From the NCBI GenBank assembly GCA_002269645.1, contig NIVC01000884.1, positions 1-64,000 on the forward strand: 64,000 nt of DNA. Reading direction: 5' to 3'. This document shows positions 22,112 to 35,702 of this stretch, piece after piece. Both the position numbers and the translations under genes were made by a program. Positions within the stretch are counted from its first letter, which is position 1; the number at the start of each line of letters is the position of its first letter. This stretch comes from Macrostomum lignano (Eukaryota). The notes under the pieces are model-generated. The model searched no databases. It worked only from the letters and a program-made list of their open reading frames with translations, and had not been told where the DNA came from.

Positions 22112-22443
22112 AGGCATTGGGCAGCGAGGAACTTCATGACGCTTTTTGCAGTTCTTAGCTCGGATAAACTTTTGTGCTCCAGATGAGCTGTTAATTAATC
22201 ATTTACTTCTTATATGAATTTCAATGTATTTAATTTTGAAGAGTCTCCCAATTCCTTGCTGACAATATTTGTCAGCTTGCAACATCAAGAGAGTCGAAAT
22301 TCTGAGTCCAATTTGATCCCAAGGCCTAAAATCTGCACTCTTACAGCCTGTGGTAAAACTTTTTGTACTTATGCACATGCACATACAGCAATTGCAGCAT
22401 GTAAATGTGCATTACATTGTCAGCTATGAGTCTCTATGAGCTA

Positions 22444-22786
22444 TGGGGTTCCAGTGGATTCTGGGGTTCCAGTGGATTCTGGGGTTCCAGTGGATTCTGG
22501 GGTTCCAGTGGATTCTGGGGTTTCAGTGGATTCTGGGATTCCAGTGGATTCTTGGGCTCCAGTGGATTCTGGGGCTCCAGTGGATTCTGGGGCTCCAGTG
22601 GATTCTGGGGCTCCAGTGGATTCTGGGGCTCCATTGGATTCTGGGGCTCCAGTGGATTCTGGGGCTCCATTGGATTCTGGGGCTCCAGTGGATTCTTGGG
22701 CTCCAGTGGATTCTTGGGCTCCAGTGGATTCTGGGGCTCCGGTGGATTCTTGGGCTCCAGTGCATTCTGGGGCTCCAGTGGATTCC
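22444..22786. repeat. 18-bp minisatellite (gattctggggctccagtg)
   Basis: Period 18; 6-aa repeats in all frames. Confidence 0.95.
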
Positions 22787-23314
22787 AAATATTCAGATAT
22801 TTCAATTTTTTATAATATCGATAGGACATTTATATTTCAAGTACCCAGATTGTATAAACTTCCATTTTTGACAATATTTGCCGAATCTTTTAATGAAAAT
22901 TTGTTTTCACGGTTTTTGAACGTTCAGTGAACTTTTAGATTTCAAAATAGAATAACAGCCGGTGTATCTACAATGCATCAGATATAATGCAGCCATCAGC
23001 TTTTCATCCATGCCTTGACGATCTGCGTACTGCTGGGTTGACTTGCTGTGCCCTGCTTCTGCAGTTCTGCAGCATTCATTGCTTGCTGCGCAGGTCGATC
23101 ATGCAAATTATATGAAATATATGCAAACGAGCTGAGTAACCATAAAATTTATGGACCCAGACAAAGGTCAGATTAAACTTGATGAATTTTATTTTTTACA
23201 TTCGTAGGCCAAGCAAGTGTTGTCACAAAACTACGCATTTCTACTGCGCATTTCCGAAAGCTGTAATACTGCATTGCAGAGTCCACTTCTCAACAGGCTC
23301 TCTGTCTATGAGCT

Positions 23315-24829
23315 GGTGGGCGCCCCTGCCTGTTGTTTGGAGCCCTTGTCTCTTAGTGGGCGTCCCTGTCTGTTGTTTGGAGCCCCTGTCTCTTGGTGGG
23401 CGTCCCTGTCTGTTGTTTGGAGCCCCTATTTCTTGATGGGCATCCCTGTCTGTTGTTTGGAGCCCCTGTCTCTTGGTGGGCGTCCCTGTCTGTTGTTTGG
23501 AGCCCCTGTCTCTTGGTGGGCGTCCCTGTCTGTTGTTTGGAGCCGCTGTCTCTTGGTGGGTGACGCTGTCTCTTGGTGGGAGCCGCTGTCTCTTGGTGGG
23601 TGCCGCTGTCTCTTGGTGGGTGCCGCTGTCTCTTAGTTGGCGCCTCTGTCTCTTGGTGGGCGTCCCTGTCTGTTGTTTGGAGCCCCTGTCTCTTGGTGGG
23701 CGTCCCTGTCTGTTGTTTGGAGCCCCTATTTCTTGATGGGCATCCCTGTCTGTTGTTTGGAGCCCCTGTCTCTTGGTGGGCGTCCCTGTCTGTTGTTTGG
23801 AGCCCCTGTCTGTTGTTTGGAGCCCCTGTCTCTTGGTGGGCGTCCCTGTCTGTTGTTTGGAGCCCCTGTCTCTTGGTGGGCGTCCCTGTCTGTTGTTTGG
23901 AGCCCCTATTTCTTGATGGGCATCCCTGTCTGTTGTTTGGAGCCCCTGTCTCTTGGTGGGCGTCCCTGTCTGTTGTTTGGAGCCCCTGTCTGTTGTTTGG
24001 AGCCCCTGTCTCTTGGTGGGCGTCCCTGTCTGTTGTTTGGAGCCCCTGTCTCTTGGTGGGCGTCCCTGTCTGTTGTTTGGAGCCCCTATTTCTTGATGGG
24101 CATCCCTGTCTGTTGTTTGGAGCCCCTGTCTCTTGGTGGGCGTCCCTGTCTGTTGTTTGGAGCCCCTGTCTCTTGGTGGGCGTCCCTGTCTGTTGTTTGG
24201 AGCCCCTGTTTCTTGGTGGGCGTCCCTGTCTGTTGTTTGGAGCCCCTGTTTCTTGGTGGGCGTCCCTGTCTTATGGTAGGTGCCCCTGTCTCTTGGTGGG
24301 CGCCCTTGTCTCTTGGTGGGCGCCCTTGTCTCTTGGTGGGCGCTTTTGTGTCTTGGTGGGCGCCCTTGTCTGTTGTTTGGAGCCCCTGTCTCTTGGTGGG
24401 CGCCCTTGTCTCTTGGTGGGCGCCCTTGTCTGTTGTTTGGAGCCCCTGTCTCTTGGTGGGCGTCCCTGTCTTTTGGTGGGTGCCCTTGTCTCTTGGTGGG
24501 CGCCCCTGTCTCTTGGTGGGCGTCCCTGTCTGTTGTTTGGAGCCCCTGTCTCTTGGTGGGCGTCCCTGTCTGTTGTTTGGAGCCCCTGTCTCTTGGTGGG
24601 CGCCCTTGTCTCTTGGTGGGCGCCCCTGTCTCTTGGTGGGCGTCCCTGTCTCTTGGTGGGCGCCCCTGTCTCTTGGTGGGCGCCCCTGTCTCTTGGTTGG
24701 CGCCCCTGTCTCTTGGTGGGCGACCGTGTCTCTTGGTGGGCGCCCCTGTCTCTTGGTGGACGCCCCTGTCTTTTGGTTGGCGCCCCTGTCTCTTGGTGGG
24801 CGACCGTGTCTCTTTGTGGGCGCCCCTGT
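23315..24829. repeat. 20-bp minisatellite built from variant units, with a 180-bp higher-order repeat
   Basis: Units A cctgtctcttggtgggcgtc, B cctgtctgttgtttggagcc, C cctatttcttgatgggcatc. Block BCBABBABA at ~23705 and 23885, partial at 24065. Confidence 0.95.
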
Positions 24830-25519
24830 AAGCCAAGTCTCTTGCCACTTGCTTAATTCAAAGTCGGAGTTCAATAGAAGGTCAGGTTACAGATAAGAAG
24901 CATGGAAAGAAGCCCCATATTTCTAAGACAATTGGTTAGCTCGGACATACGGCACAGGATCTTTAATACGCGGGACATTGCGCGACAGGGAAAACATGGG
25001 CCCAGATTAGCAAAGTCTTTTATTCATCTCAGTCTGTAGGGTGCCAGATGAAGGTCAAACTGCCAGACGGATCATGGATTAATACATTGATCAGATACAA
25101 TCTAGTCGGTTCACAAGTGAACGCAAGGCAAGCAGGTAAAAAAAAACATACCAAAATAGATCAGCGAAGTGTGCGACCGGGGACATGAAATAGTTTCAGG
25201 TATTGATTTTAAAAGCAATAAACCTGAAAATAAAGTGAGGTGACAACCATGCAGTTTAAACAACCTGCCCTGTCACTGGTGGCCTTGGCTGGCACGAGGT
25301 AAGTCGGTACAAATGAACCAAAGGTGCCGTACTTGCTGATCATAAATAAGATAGCTGTGCCACTTCACTTAATTCCGCCTTAGCAACGACCACATGCATG
25401 TAACTGCTAAGTTAAGTGAAGTTGGCTAGTCCTTGCTTCTTACGTAGTCCGATGTGATCGCGATGTGTTGTTTCTTAATAATATTTTAAACAAAAGTTGG
25501 GGAACAGATACAAGCAGAA

Positions 25520-25910
<391 letters not shown>

Positions 25911-26761
25911 CTAAAAAGAGAAAAACTGGCAGACTCAACACAGAACAAGGTGTGTTAGCATTAGCAAAGGTGCCAACTCTGACACAGATGAATGGCTGCA
26001 ATAAACTGTCATTTATTTGGGTGCAGTCTGCGTGCTGCATTTCAACTCAGAGCCGAAGCCGAAGTGTCAGGAGGGCAGGCAGCTGCATGGCTTCACCCTC
26101 CATAACTCGTCTCTGTTTAGAGAGTTTTCGCTATTAAAAAAACGGTCTCTAAACTGACTGACACTTGCCTTGCCATGAGAGATAAATGGTACCTCTTGGC
26201 ACGCCCGCTTCGGGAGAGTGGTACGTAGCTCTCAGAGCTGCATTTCCTGCCACACGTCTTTAGCGTAATTTGCTTGAGCTCTTCTGCACCTCGTTTTAGT
26301 TTATATGAATCCTCTCCATCCCCATCCCCAGGGAACGAGAGCTCATTGGATCTTAAGCCTCAGGTCGAGAAAAGTTCATTAAAAGATTTTGGCAGTCACA
26401 GAGCTGAGAGCTTGGGGGTAATTTCCGATCTTTTTCATTCTTGCTTTTTAATTTTCCATTTCATTGGGACCAAGGTTGAAGGAATTAGGTTGCATCGGGT
26501 TGCTACAGAGCTGGCAAGAATGGCAACTCTCTTAAGTCTGCTTTTTCATCTGCCTTCTCTACAATTCAAACCATTGAAGAAGCTGAGAGTTCTTACTCAA
26601 GCGACTCAAACGGAAAGTGCTGTTGAGCCCCACCTTTGAGCCAATCATCTTTAAGTCTGGGGGTGCAGCACATCTAGCAGTGTATATACGTAGTTATGAG
26701 TATATTGTGCCATAAGCCTACCGCTGCAGTCAATCTGTCGTCAGAAATAAAAATTTAAAGA

Positions 26762-29700
26762 ATGAGCGCAGAAGGTGCTGATCAAATTGCCGACGCAGAC
26801 TTGGAATTTCTGGCGTGAGTTAAACTACCTAAATTATGTTCTTACCTAAATCATGTTCTTACCTAAATCATGTACCTTACCTAAATCATGTACTTACCTA
26901 AATCATGTAGCTGCCTAAATCATGTACCAACCAAAGCTTCCAGTATCGCTGCAAATGCTGATAATTTCTAATCATGTGTCAGTAACATTTATCATGTATC
27001 ATCGTGTATCATTCATCTTAACGAATCTTTGTTAAAGAAGCCTGGACTTCCTCAGCGGGTGGACAGCGGAACAGCTCAAACACTCCAACGGCAAGATTGA
27101 AGAGCGCTGCTACAAGTGAGACGAATACCTGGCAATTTTAAACAAGTGCTTCTCACAGTTATAATTAAGTTTGGAATTTTTCGTTTTCAGACGAGCTGCA
27201 GTGATTGTGAAGAACAGCAGCTGCAGCCGTTGGATTTGCGTTGTGAAATCGGTAAGGTGCAGGGAAAAGCTGCAACTCTAATGGGAATTCCATCCTTCTC
27301 TTCTCCAAAGTTTGGTTTCATAATGGTGCAGTGTGCAGCAATGGCTCCCGTTCCTTCATGCATGCAGGGTGCAGCAATGGCTCCCGTTCCTTCATGATGC
27401 AGGGTGCAGCAATGGCCCCCGTTCCTTCATGATGCAGGGTGCAGCAATGGCTCCCGTTCCTTCATGATGCAGGGTGCAGCAATGGCTCCCGTTCCTTCAT
27501 GCATGCAGGGTGCAGCAATGGCTCCCGTTCCTTCATGATGCAGGGTGCAGCAATGGCTCCCGTTCCTTCATGCATGCAGGGTGCAGCAATGGCCCCCGTT
27601 CCTTCATGATGCAGGGTGCAGCAATGGCTCCCGTTCCTTCATGCATGCAGGGTGCAGCAATGGCTCCCGTTCCTTCATGCATGCAGGGTGCAGCAATGGC
27701 TCCCGTTCCTTCATGATGCAGGGTGCAGCAATGGCTCCCGTTCCTTCATGATGCAGGGTGCAGCAATGGCTCCCGTTCCTTCATGATGCAGGGTGCAGCA
27801 ATGGCTCCCGTTCCTTCATGCATGCAGGGTGCAGCAATGGCTCCGATTATTTTACTGTAAATCCACATTATTCAATAGCTGCAAAAGCAGTTTGACAAGA
27901 CAAATGCGACTTCTCTCACACAGGGCAGCGCGCAGGTGCTGCTAGCGCTGGACAAAGTCGGGCCCAGTCTGCATCAGCGGCATCACGCATGTCGGCGACC
28001 TCAGACCAGCCGCAATCCGCAGCAGGCTGCGCAGGCGCCGTACCCCAGACGGATTCGGCCCGTCGCTCCCGCAGACGACGATCTCGCAGACGAAGACCAG
28101 CGACCGTTCATCACGCACTTGCCGCCGCCGCCGCAGTCGCCGCAGCGGGCGCAGCAAGAACCAAACCGGCCGCAGACTACAGCAGGTGCGCCAGAGCGGA
28201 AGGCGGCTGCTGCTTCGACCGGAAGTGGAGAAAGTACGAGACGACCGCCAACGGCTGAAACTTACGGATCGGCTGTGAGTCGCTGCACTGCAGTCAATTA
28301 TTAACTTCCTATAGGGGCTTGTGCACCGAGTTGCTGAGATGCCAAGGGTCACTTGGGATCGAGTTGTTGGTAAGGTCAAGCATGAGAAAGAAGAGTTAGG
28401 GATAAGCCATGGCTTAAGCAGAGAAAAAAATTTGCTTTCAGAAATTAACAAAAGTGACTGTACAGTTTCAAAAGTTGCGTGTTGTTTATTCAAAAAATTT
28501 GATTCCTTTCTTCGTTGCCTCCCAAGGGGGGTGCAGATTGCTAGTCCACTATACTAAAAACAAGTTGTCGCTATCTATTCAGGTATGCGTGATTGAGTTC
28601 AGAAAAACGGCTCAACTGATTTTCATAATAAAACTTGCACCGTTCAATCAGAAATTTTTTCGAAAGTGCATGTGTCTAGTTAAGAAATTGCTCGTTACTA
28701 AGGCATTTAAATATTAGAAAAGCATGCTTCTCAAAAGGCTCCAAGCTGATTGTTCGGTGCTTTTTAAAACCGGCATCACACAATGCTCCCACAGATCTCC
28801 AAGTCCTGTCACCAGAGAAGCACAGTTAAATCAGCAATGCGATTTGAACGCTCAATGTCGCGCACATGTAAGTTATTTGAGTACTCTTGCAACTCGCCTG
28901 TTATATGTAATTCCTTTATGGTGACAGATCTGTAAATTGATGGATCCATACGCTATTTTTTAAACAATATTTAGCAGACGAGCTGGACGAGGACCCGGCG
29001 GCCAGCCTGGTGCCGACCAACCAGCTGGATAGGCGGTACCACCGCTACGACAATGAAACTGATATGCAGTTGGTGAGTGAGATTCTCAATGCCTCCTCAG
29101 GGCCGTTATAAATCAGCGTTTAGTCGCTCAGAAGACACAACGGTACGAGCGTAACGTAATGCGACTCACGCGAAAGTAACTGGATGAGATTCTGTGCTCA
29201 ACCATATGGATTTCGGGAGTTCATCTGAGACTTGTCCAGCAATTCACAGCCGACCAAGAGGATTCCACAAGAGACAATGTGCCTCTGAATAACTTGTGAA
29301 TGACTACCAAAAATCTATATCTCAGCTTCACGATGACGCAATCAAAGTCCCTTTTTCCAATTTAGGGCGTCCACATGGATTCTATGGTTAAGGATTCAAA
29401 AGATCCATCAAGATATCCAGCAATATAGGCGTCCTGTGATACGCTTACATTTTTGCTACATCCTGTACCGCTCCATCCTCAACCCGATTTTTATTCGCAG
29501 CCGGAGCAGCCCCAGTTTACGCGCCTGCGCACCCTAACCCGAGGCGAAGTGTTCGGCCTGCAGGAGCTGTTCCGCACAGACCAGCCGGCTCTCAGCCTCA
29601 TCAGCGGAGCTCCATCAACCCGCTGCCTGCTGATAGACAAGGCATACTACGTGGAACAGTCGCCAAAGCAGCTGCTGGACTGCCTACGCAACCAGGTGAC

Positions 29701-29818
29701 GCACTACCCTAATAGGCGCGAACTGCAGCGCCGACTGCAGGAGCGAGTGAACTGGGAGGCCTACAAACAGCTGCGAGTGCGGGCCGTGCTGACACAGGCT
29801 GGGAAACGCCTGCTCTGA
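26762..29818 (+). CDS. Cyclic-nucleotide-binding-domain protein (CNBD1/CNBD2-like), multi-exon, 5' end uncertain
   Basis: Exons 26762-26814, 27038-27115, 27191-27251, 27924-28185 (donor uncertain), 28978-29072, 29501-29818 with GT-AG and compatible phases. Spliced peptide SLDFLSGWTAEQL...VIVKNSSCSRWICVVKSGSAQVL...LRTLTRGEVFGLQEL...RCLLIDK resembles a split cNMP-binding beta-barrel. Confidence 0.68.
26822..26930. repeat. Short ~18-20-bp tandem repeat (acctaaatcatgtactt), intronic
   Basis: About 6 imperfect copies. Confidence 0.75.
27334..27844. repeat. 35/36-bp minisatellite (gcagggtgcagcaatggctcccgttccttcatg[c]at) in a CNBD-gene intron
   Basis: Direct reading; same family as 37738-38305. 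Confidence 0.95.
28490..28544 (+). mobile_element. Putative Helitron 3' terminus, second copy
   Basis: ctccc-aa-gggggg hairpin followed by gattgCTAG|T (28541-28544). Similar to 13780-13853, including the downstream atactaaaa. Confidence 0.4.
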
Positions 29819-29949
29819 CCGACTTGAGCATTGAACTCTGCACTCTTGCGAGGAAGGAATTGAAAAAGCCTCCACAATTAAGACTTAAGTAATGGAAGCC
29901 AAACTAAACTGAGAGCTGAGAATGGGAGCTAGAAAGGATGAACCTGATG

Positions 29950-30170
29950 GGATATGGAGACTAGACTGGGAATCTGAGGGGATGGGGGATTAGCCTAAGG
30001 ATCTGAGGGGATTAGGAGACTAGCCTGGGGATCTGAGGGGATATGGAGACTAGCCTGGGGATCTGAGGGGATATGGAGACTAGCCTGGGGATCTGAGGGG
30101 ATTAGGGGAGTAGCCTGAGGATCTGAGGATATTTGGAGGACCAGCCTGGGGATCTAAGGAGGTTCGGGGA
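29950..30170. repeat. ~30-bp minisatellite (ggggatctgaggggatatggagactagcct), resuming in degenerate form at 31244-31325 after the LINE
   Basis: Direct reading. Confidence 0.85.
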
Positions 30171-30178
30171 CGGGGACG

Positions 30179-31243
30179 GTGCTCCGCGCGTACAAAGCGC
30201 CTGAGCAGCTGATCTCTGCCATCATGGCGATGTACCGTGATACGACAGCTGCTGTAACAACACCGGACGGCCTATTGGACTCCTTTGAGACATCCTCCGG
30301 AGTGCTTCAGGGAGAAACGCTGGCGCCGTTCCTGTTCGTCCTGGTGCTTGACTGGGTGCTACGGACTGCTCTTCCTACCGACGACGACGGCTTTCTGCTG
30401 CGGCGACGCGTGGGTCGACGTCAACCGGAGAAGCGGCTCAGCGTGCTTGGCTACGCCGACGACCTCGCCCTGCTGTCCTCGACCGTCGAGGGCGCCCAAC
30501 GGCAGCTGGACAGGCTAGTTGCCGTTGCGGCGAGCGTCGGCCTGGTGGTCAACACGCAGAAGACCGTTGTGCTCTGCGTGCCGGACGACATCGAGGCTGC
30601 AATATTCTGCCGAGGCGCTGACGGGCAGGCGACCAAGCTCCCGCGATGTCAGCAGTTCGTCTACCTCGGCGGTCTGGTTCCAGACGCTCGCGAGGACCTG
30701 CGACGCCGCCGCGGGCTGCCTTTCGTTGTGAGGGCAGTCCTGCAGTTCGAGGCCCTACCGGACCGCCAGAGGGCGGCGCTGTTCCAGGCGGTAATCGAGA
30801 CCGTCCTGCTCTACAACGCCGAGACCTGGACGCTGACGGACTCACTCGAACAGCAAGTCGATGCGGTGCACGCTGGCCTGCTGCGCGCCGCCTTCAACAT
30901 CGGCGTCGAGCGAGCCAACAACGCGACACTCTATCGCCGCGCTGGCCTGCTACGTCCAAGCGGTCTACTGCGCCGTCGGCGACTCCAGCTCGCAGGCCAT
31001 CTCATCCGCGCCGAGTCGTACTGCCCACAGCCGGTGCAGGAGGTGCTGCTGCTCACGCTGCAGGCACCCTACCGACGAGGTCAAGCGCGAACTCGGCGTT
31101 ACGTCGACTGTCTGCTGGCTGACGCCGGCGCCCCGGACACTGCCGGTGGCGCGGCTTTTGTTCGCGCCCAAGCCATGAAGCGCGCCCTGTGACGCTGACT
31201 TTTGCCATCATGACAGCGTATTTTGTTGTTGTTGTTGTTGTTG
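30179..31243 (+). mobile_element. 5'-truncated RTE-like non-LTR retrotransposon with reverse transcriptase and (TTG)7 tail
   Basis: ORF 30179-31192: GVLQGETLAPFLF, LGYADDLALL (YADD catalytic motif), VVNTQKT, LYNAETW. Short-tandem-repeat 3' tail as in RTE-clade elements. Confidence 0.92.
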
Positions 31244-31973
31244 GGGAAGAGGCTGGGGATCTGGGAAGATTTAAGGACAAGCCTGGGGATCTGAGAGGAT
31301 GTTGAAACTAGTCTGGGGATCTGAGGGATTCGGGGTGAGCATAGTACTCGTAGTGGACCAATAAATAAAAATGCAATATCGGAAACTTCAACTTCAATTA
31401 AACTTTAACCATGCGTTACGAGAAAATACACCCGTTACTGAACAGGCGTTGCACTGGACTTCAGCTTACATTCATGTTTATTTACTTTACAAAATGCATA
31501 CAATGTACCTATTTGTTTTGTTATAGAAAATTGTCTCAACAAAAAGTTGAGACAGTTGAGACAGAGATATGACACTGGATAACAGGATAAACCATATTTA
31601 GTATTGGTGGATTACTGGCATGAGGGCTATTACTTGGATTACATGGTAATCACCCAATCATTCATACTTGGCGGTAATTGATGAATTGGCAAAATAATAA
31701 TCACGAGAAAAATAATGCATCCACAAATAAATTAGTTTGGAGAGTATTCATGTGACTATTTTCGTCCAATAGCATGCTAGCAAGCACCCAGGAGTCACGT
31801 GACTATTTTCGTCCAATAGGATGCCAGCAATCGCCAGAACAGTCACGTGACGATATTTTTCGTCTGATTTGCAAACTAACTGCCAGAAAAATACGAATGA
31901 CCAAATGATCCCCAATGCTGGATAGGAAACAGCTACAGGCACAGTCTAATGACACCCTGACTGCTCAGCTCAC

Positions 31974-32885
31974 TCAATGGGCTGGCGGCTGTGGCGTCGG
32001 CGGCTCCATCAGTCTGCAGCCCAGAACGCCGCCGCGACTGCCCGGCCACTGGCTGCCGGGCGTCACCACGGCGTGCCTTCGCCGTCCATTCTCCTGCTGC
32101 TGCTGTCCGTCAACCACCGCAAAGATCACTGGCCGGCCGATCCGGCTGCGCAGATGCTCGGCGATTGCCGTCAACGGCGGCCGGGGTGGGGCGCCGCTCA
32201 GCGGTCCAACTCTAAGCACAATGTCGCCAGGCTGTAGGCCGGCCGCGGCCGCCGGCGACCCGCTGTCCACCTGGCCGACGATGGCCAGAGGCGGCTCCGA
32301 CAAGACGGTCGGTGGCGTCGCAGTCGTTGGCGGCGACAAAGTCAGCTGGTCGAGCCCGACGCTGGCGGCAGCGTGCAGGCGGTGCAGCAGCGGCTCGATG
32401 CGGCCAGTCAGAGCCGAGTAGTCGTTGCGCAACTCGTGCGCCCGACTGCGAAGGTGCCGCACAGCGTAGATGTCAACATCGGCCAGCGGGTAGCCCTCGG
32501 AGTCCACCAGGGCCGGTTCGGTCAGGCCAACGCCGTGCTCCCTGCGGGATATGAGAAATTATTACTTGACTGCAGAGGTCAAGGGGTCAACGGTTCCCTT
32601 TCTATGCAAATCTCGCATTCGGCTAATTTAGTAGGGTAAAAGGCACGAGTATTTACACACTTGGGGATATCTGCCTCGGCAGCTAATTAGTTACTAAAAA
32701 AGCTAGTAAATTACTTATTTATATTTACATTTCCACTCAGCTTCCTTTTACCTAGTCAAACGGGACTCGATTTCGGCCAGTTCTGTCTCAACAGCATCTC
32801 GCTGACGTGACAGATCGTCCAGATGGCGACGCAAACTGGCGGCGTCTTCGCCATCAGGCTTTGGAGCCTCCGCTCCGGTGGACAT
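31974..32885 (-). CDS. PSMD9: 26S proteasome assembly chaperone p27/Nas2 (PDZ), 233 aa, 2 exons
   Basis: Exons 32885-32752 and 32541-31974 (phase 2, GT-AG, 702 nt). GVGLTEPALVDSEGYPLADVDIYAVRH motif, PDZ VGQVDSGSPAAAAGLQPGD, C-terminal W..GVLGC. Confidence 0.92.
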
Positions 32886-33004
32886 GGTCGCTCTCGCTAC
32901 ACTGTCGCCAGAGTTCCGCTGACTGTCTGGCTCAATATGGCCGCGGGTGCCGTTAGTGTTTGAGTTTGGTGAAGACTGAAATGCAGTGCACATATATTAG
33001 TACT

Positions 33005-33076
33005 AGGAGGAGATACGCGTTGAACACGGCTGGTCGATCGATCGATCGATCGATACACTCAGCTTTAGATATAAGA
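33005..33076 (+). repeat. Short dispersed repeat (aggaggagatacgcgtt...(gatc)n...cactcagctttagatataaga), possible Helentron/HINE-type end
   Basis: Second copy at 56323-56382; the embedded GATC microsatellite differs in length. Family assignment is by resemblance only. Confidence 0.5.
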
Positions 33077-33559
33077 AAAAGAAAGAGATTGACTAAATGG
33101 TAGATAATATGCCCACAGAAAGAAGCTTTTATGGCAAAAAACAGGTTATCAGTGAAATTTTCATTTTCCATGTGCAGACATTTTCTAGGTTTTTTCTAGG
33201 CTTATTTAAAAAACGAACCTAAGATGTACTCGTAGATAGAAACAAATTGTTTATTACGTATAGTTGATTTCTAAGCCAACGATACTACTGACAAAGTCAA
33301 AGTTCAGTAGCCTCCATACAATTTTTTTTCACTGCTTTCAAAATTGATACATCTGGGGTAGGAGCTCTATTGAGTTATTTAAATGAAAAAAGCCGATACA
33401 TACAAATTGATTCAAGAGCCATAGTATTTCACTTGCATAGCTGTCATGCACCAGATTGCAACTCTAATATGAAATTCAACACCAAAGCGCAATGGGGCAA
33501 AGATTAGATTAGCTGGGTGGGAAATGCTTCAAGGTCACTATCCTCCCAAGGAGAATGCT

Positions 33560-34330
33560 GGCAACAGCTGGGCCCCTCGGGAGACTCATTGTTTCACTGA
33601 CATCCTCCAAAGACAGTACATCCGGCTTTGGACTCTGCATCCTTATCAATGGCCGCGTGATCGCCTCTCATGCCCAACACACTGGCAGACTCTCCAGTGT
33701 CTTCCAGAACGAAGTCCTTGCCATCAGCTCCTGTGCAGCTGAGCTCTACTGGAGGGACTTCAAAGGCAGAAAATCTTCTTCCACTCTGACTACCAGGCTG
33801 CCTTGCAGGCCCTGTGTCACACCACTACAAACAGTCTGCGACTATATTGGGCAGCTCAACAAGCTGGCTTGGAGGAACACCATCTAGTTCACGTGGATCC
33901 CAAGAAACGCCAGTTTCAAAGGTAACAAGCTTGCTGACTCCCTCACTAAGATAGGTAGCTCCAGCTTATCCCTTGGCCCCCCCTCTGGTCAATTCCAGGT
34001 GGCAGTGCCCAACCCATCCCTCAAGCTGCGGAGAATCCTTCTGAACCAAAATTGACAAGATATCTGTGCTCTCACTATGACCTTCACAGGTCATGGTTGC
34101 TTTGCCAGGCAGTTTCCTCTGAAAACAAAAATGCCAAGCACTTTGTCTGCTACTGACTGGCCTTCAATCAAGACCAGCTCTACTACCTCGGGGTCCAATA
34201 TGTCCCTAGATGACACTTGCTGGTCCGAGAACATCCTATGGCTCATCTGGTTCCTCTGAGCTACCAAACAAGCGTCCATCTTCCCCACTAAAGACAATGC
34301 TGCAGACAGACTAGCAGACCTCCCTGACTG
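33560..34330 (+). pseudogene. Decayed RNase H / C-terminal region of a non-LTR retrotransposon
   Basis: Across frameshifts: TD..SK...GRLSSVFQNEVLAI...FHSD.QAALQAL...WIP...GNKLADSLTK, then TGHG. Contains stops and frameshifts. Confidence 0.65.
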
Positions 34331-35702
34331 GCCCCATGCCCTAGCTTATGCAGGCTTCTTAGGGATTAGTGAAATGGGCAATGCCTGCCTCACTACTGTG
34401 TCTTTGGATCACCCTGTAGCAAAGCCAAGAAGTAAGTGGATGGGGAATGTAGGATGAAAAAGGTGGGTATAGATCATATGGATTAATTCTTAATTATCAA
34501 TGCACACAATATAATGCACTTCTACTTACACACATACTATTATAAACCAACATATTAAAATGGTCTTATAATAACTACAGCTGAAATGTATCAAAGCTAT
34601 TGAAATTTAACCAGATTTTTATCTATCTTACCAACTTTATGACATTGTTTGCAATTGCAAAGGGATAGATCTTTAGGTTATTCTCATATTCATTATTATA
34701 AAGTTTTAATTTAGGCCTAGTTTTTATTTTGGGATAAAATTTTTGTTATTGGCTTAACTGATAAATAAATTTTTTAATAGTGTTATTAGCATAAATACTA
34801 GGGGCCTAGTGTGTTACTTTGATATTTTTGAGCATTTCTAGTAGATTAACAATTCAGCAAACTGCTTCACTTTCTTACTTTAGACTACTACACTGTGTGA
34901 TGCATTGACTTTTTACTTTTGCTACTTTTTTATTGTTTAGACTAAAAGTAAAAAACTTAATTCAGAATTAATTCAGAATACTCTCAAAGGTGCTATTTTT
35001 GGGGACATTTCTTATATGCAACAAGGTCCTAGGTAGTCTACTACCACATGCACAGTGTGCATCAAGGAGTGTTAGCAATAGCTGAATAGCATAATACTTG
35101 GACTACAACTATAATTACAGAGTACTGATAAATAGATTTATTATTTTAATATATTATAATATGTATATGCTTAATAAGCCTTCATTGGTTAGCTATTCAA
35201 AACCTAGTATTAAGTTGACTTATTGTCTATCTAGACTAAGGTAAGGCCAACTAAAAATGAAAATTGAAACAAAATTATACATGTCACATGATATTGATAC
35301 ATGAATGATGCTTTTAAATACATTTTTATAGTGTTAGGATCTAGCTTTAGAGCTTTAATCAAGCTAAAAACATCTGTTCAACTAATTTGGTACTATTACT
35401 GCTTCAAAACTCCTATCTTAACTGCGCAAGCTGCGGAATTAAAAAATCTGAACTTTTCTTGATTAGGCCAGCCAAGCCCAGTCGATCAATCTTTCGTTTC
35501 GTAGAAAAAAACACAACTGAAATAGTGCCAACGTGACTTGGTAAAAAGTTCGTAAGTGAGGCGTTTCATGCATCTAATTCTAATTCTAATTCTAATTAGA
35601 TGCTTCATAAAATTAGCAACTCCGAATTATTAAGTCGTGAGTAATTTTTATAATAAAATTTGGAGTTTTAACTGCAGCACTTTTAAATTAGGCAATGAAA
35701 AG

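Noticed and set aside
22405-22930. Repeat-peptide ORFs (GAPVDS, WILGLQ, PQNPLE)
   Set aside because: Products of the 18-bp minisatellite.
23241-24896. Long ORFs of 535, 427, 419, 262 and 183 aa
   Set aside because: All are translations of the 20-bp satellite, open in several frames on both strands with no splice or domain support.
25030-25290. Candidate small exons with donors at ~25137 and ~25279
   Set aside because: Could be upstream CNBD exons, but no homology signal or consistent phase chain was established.
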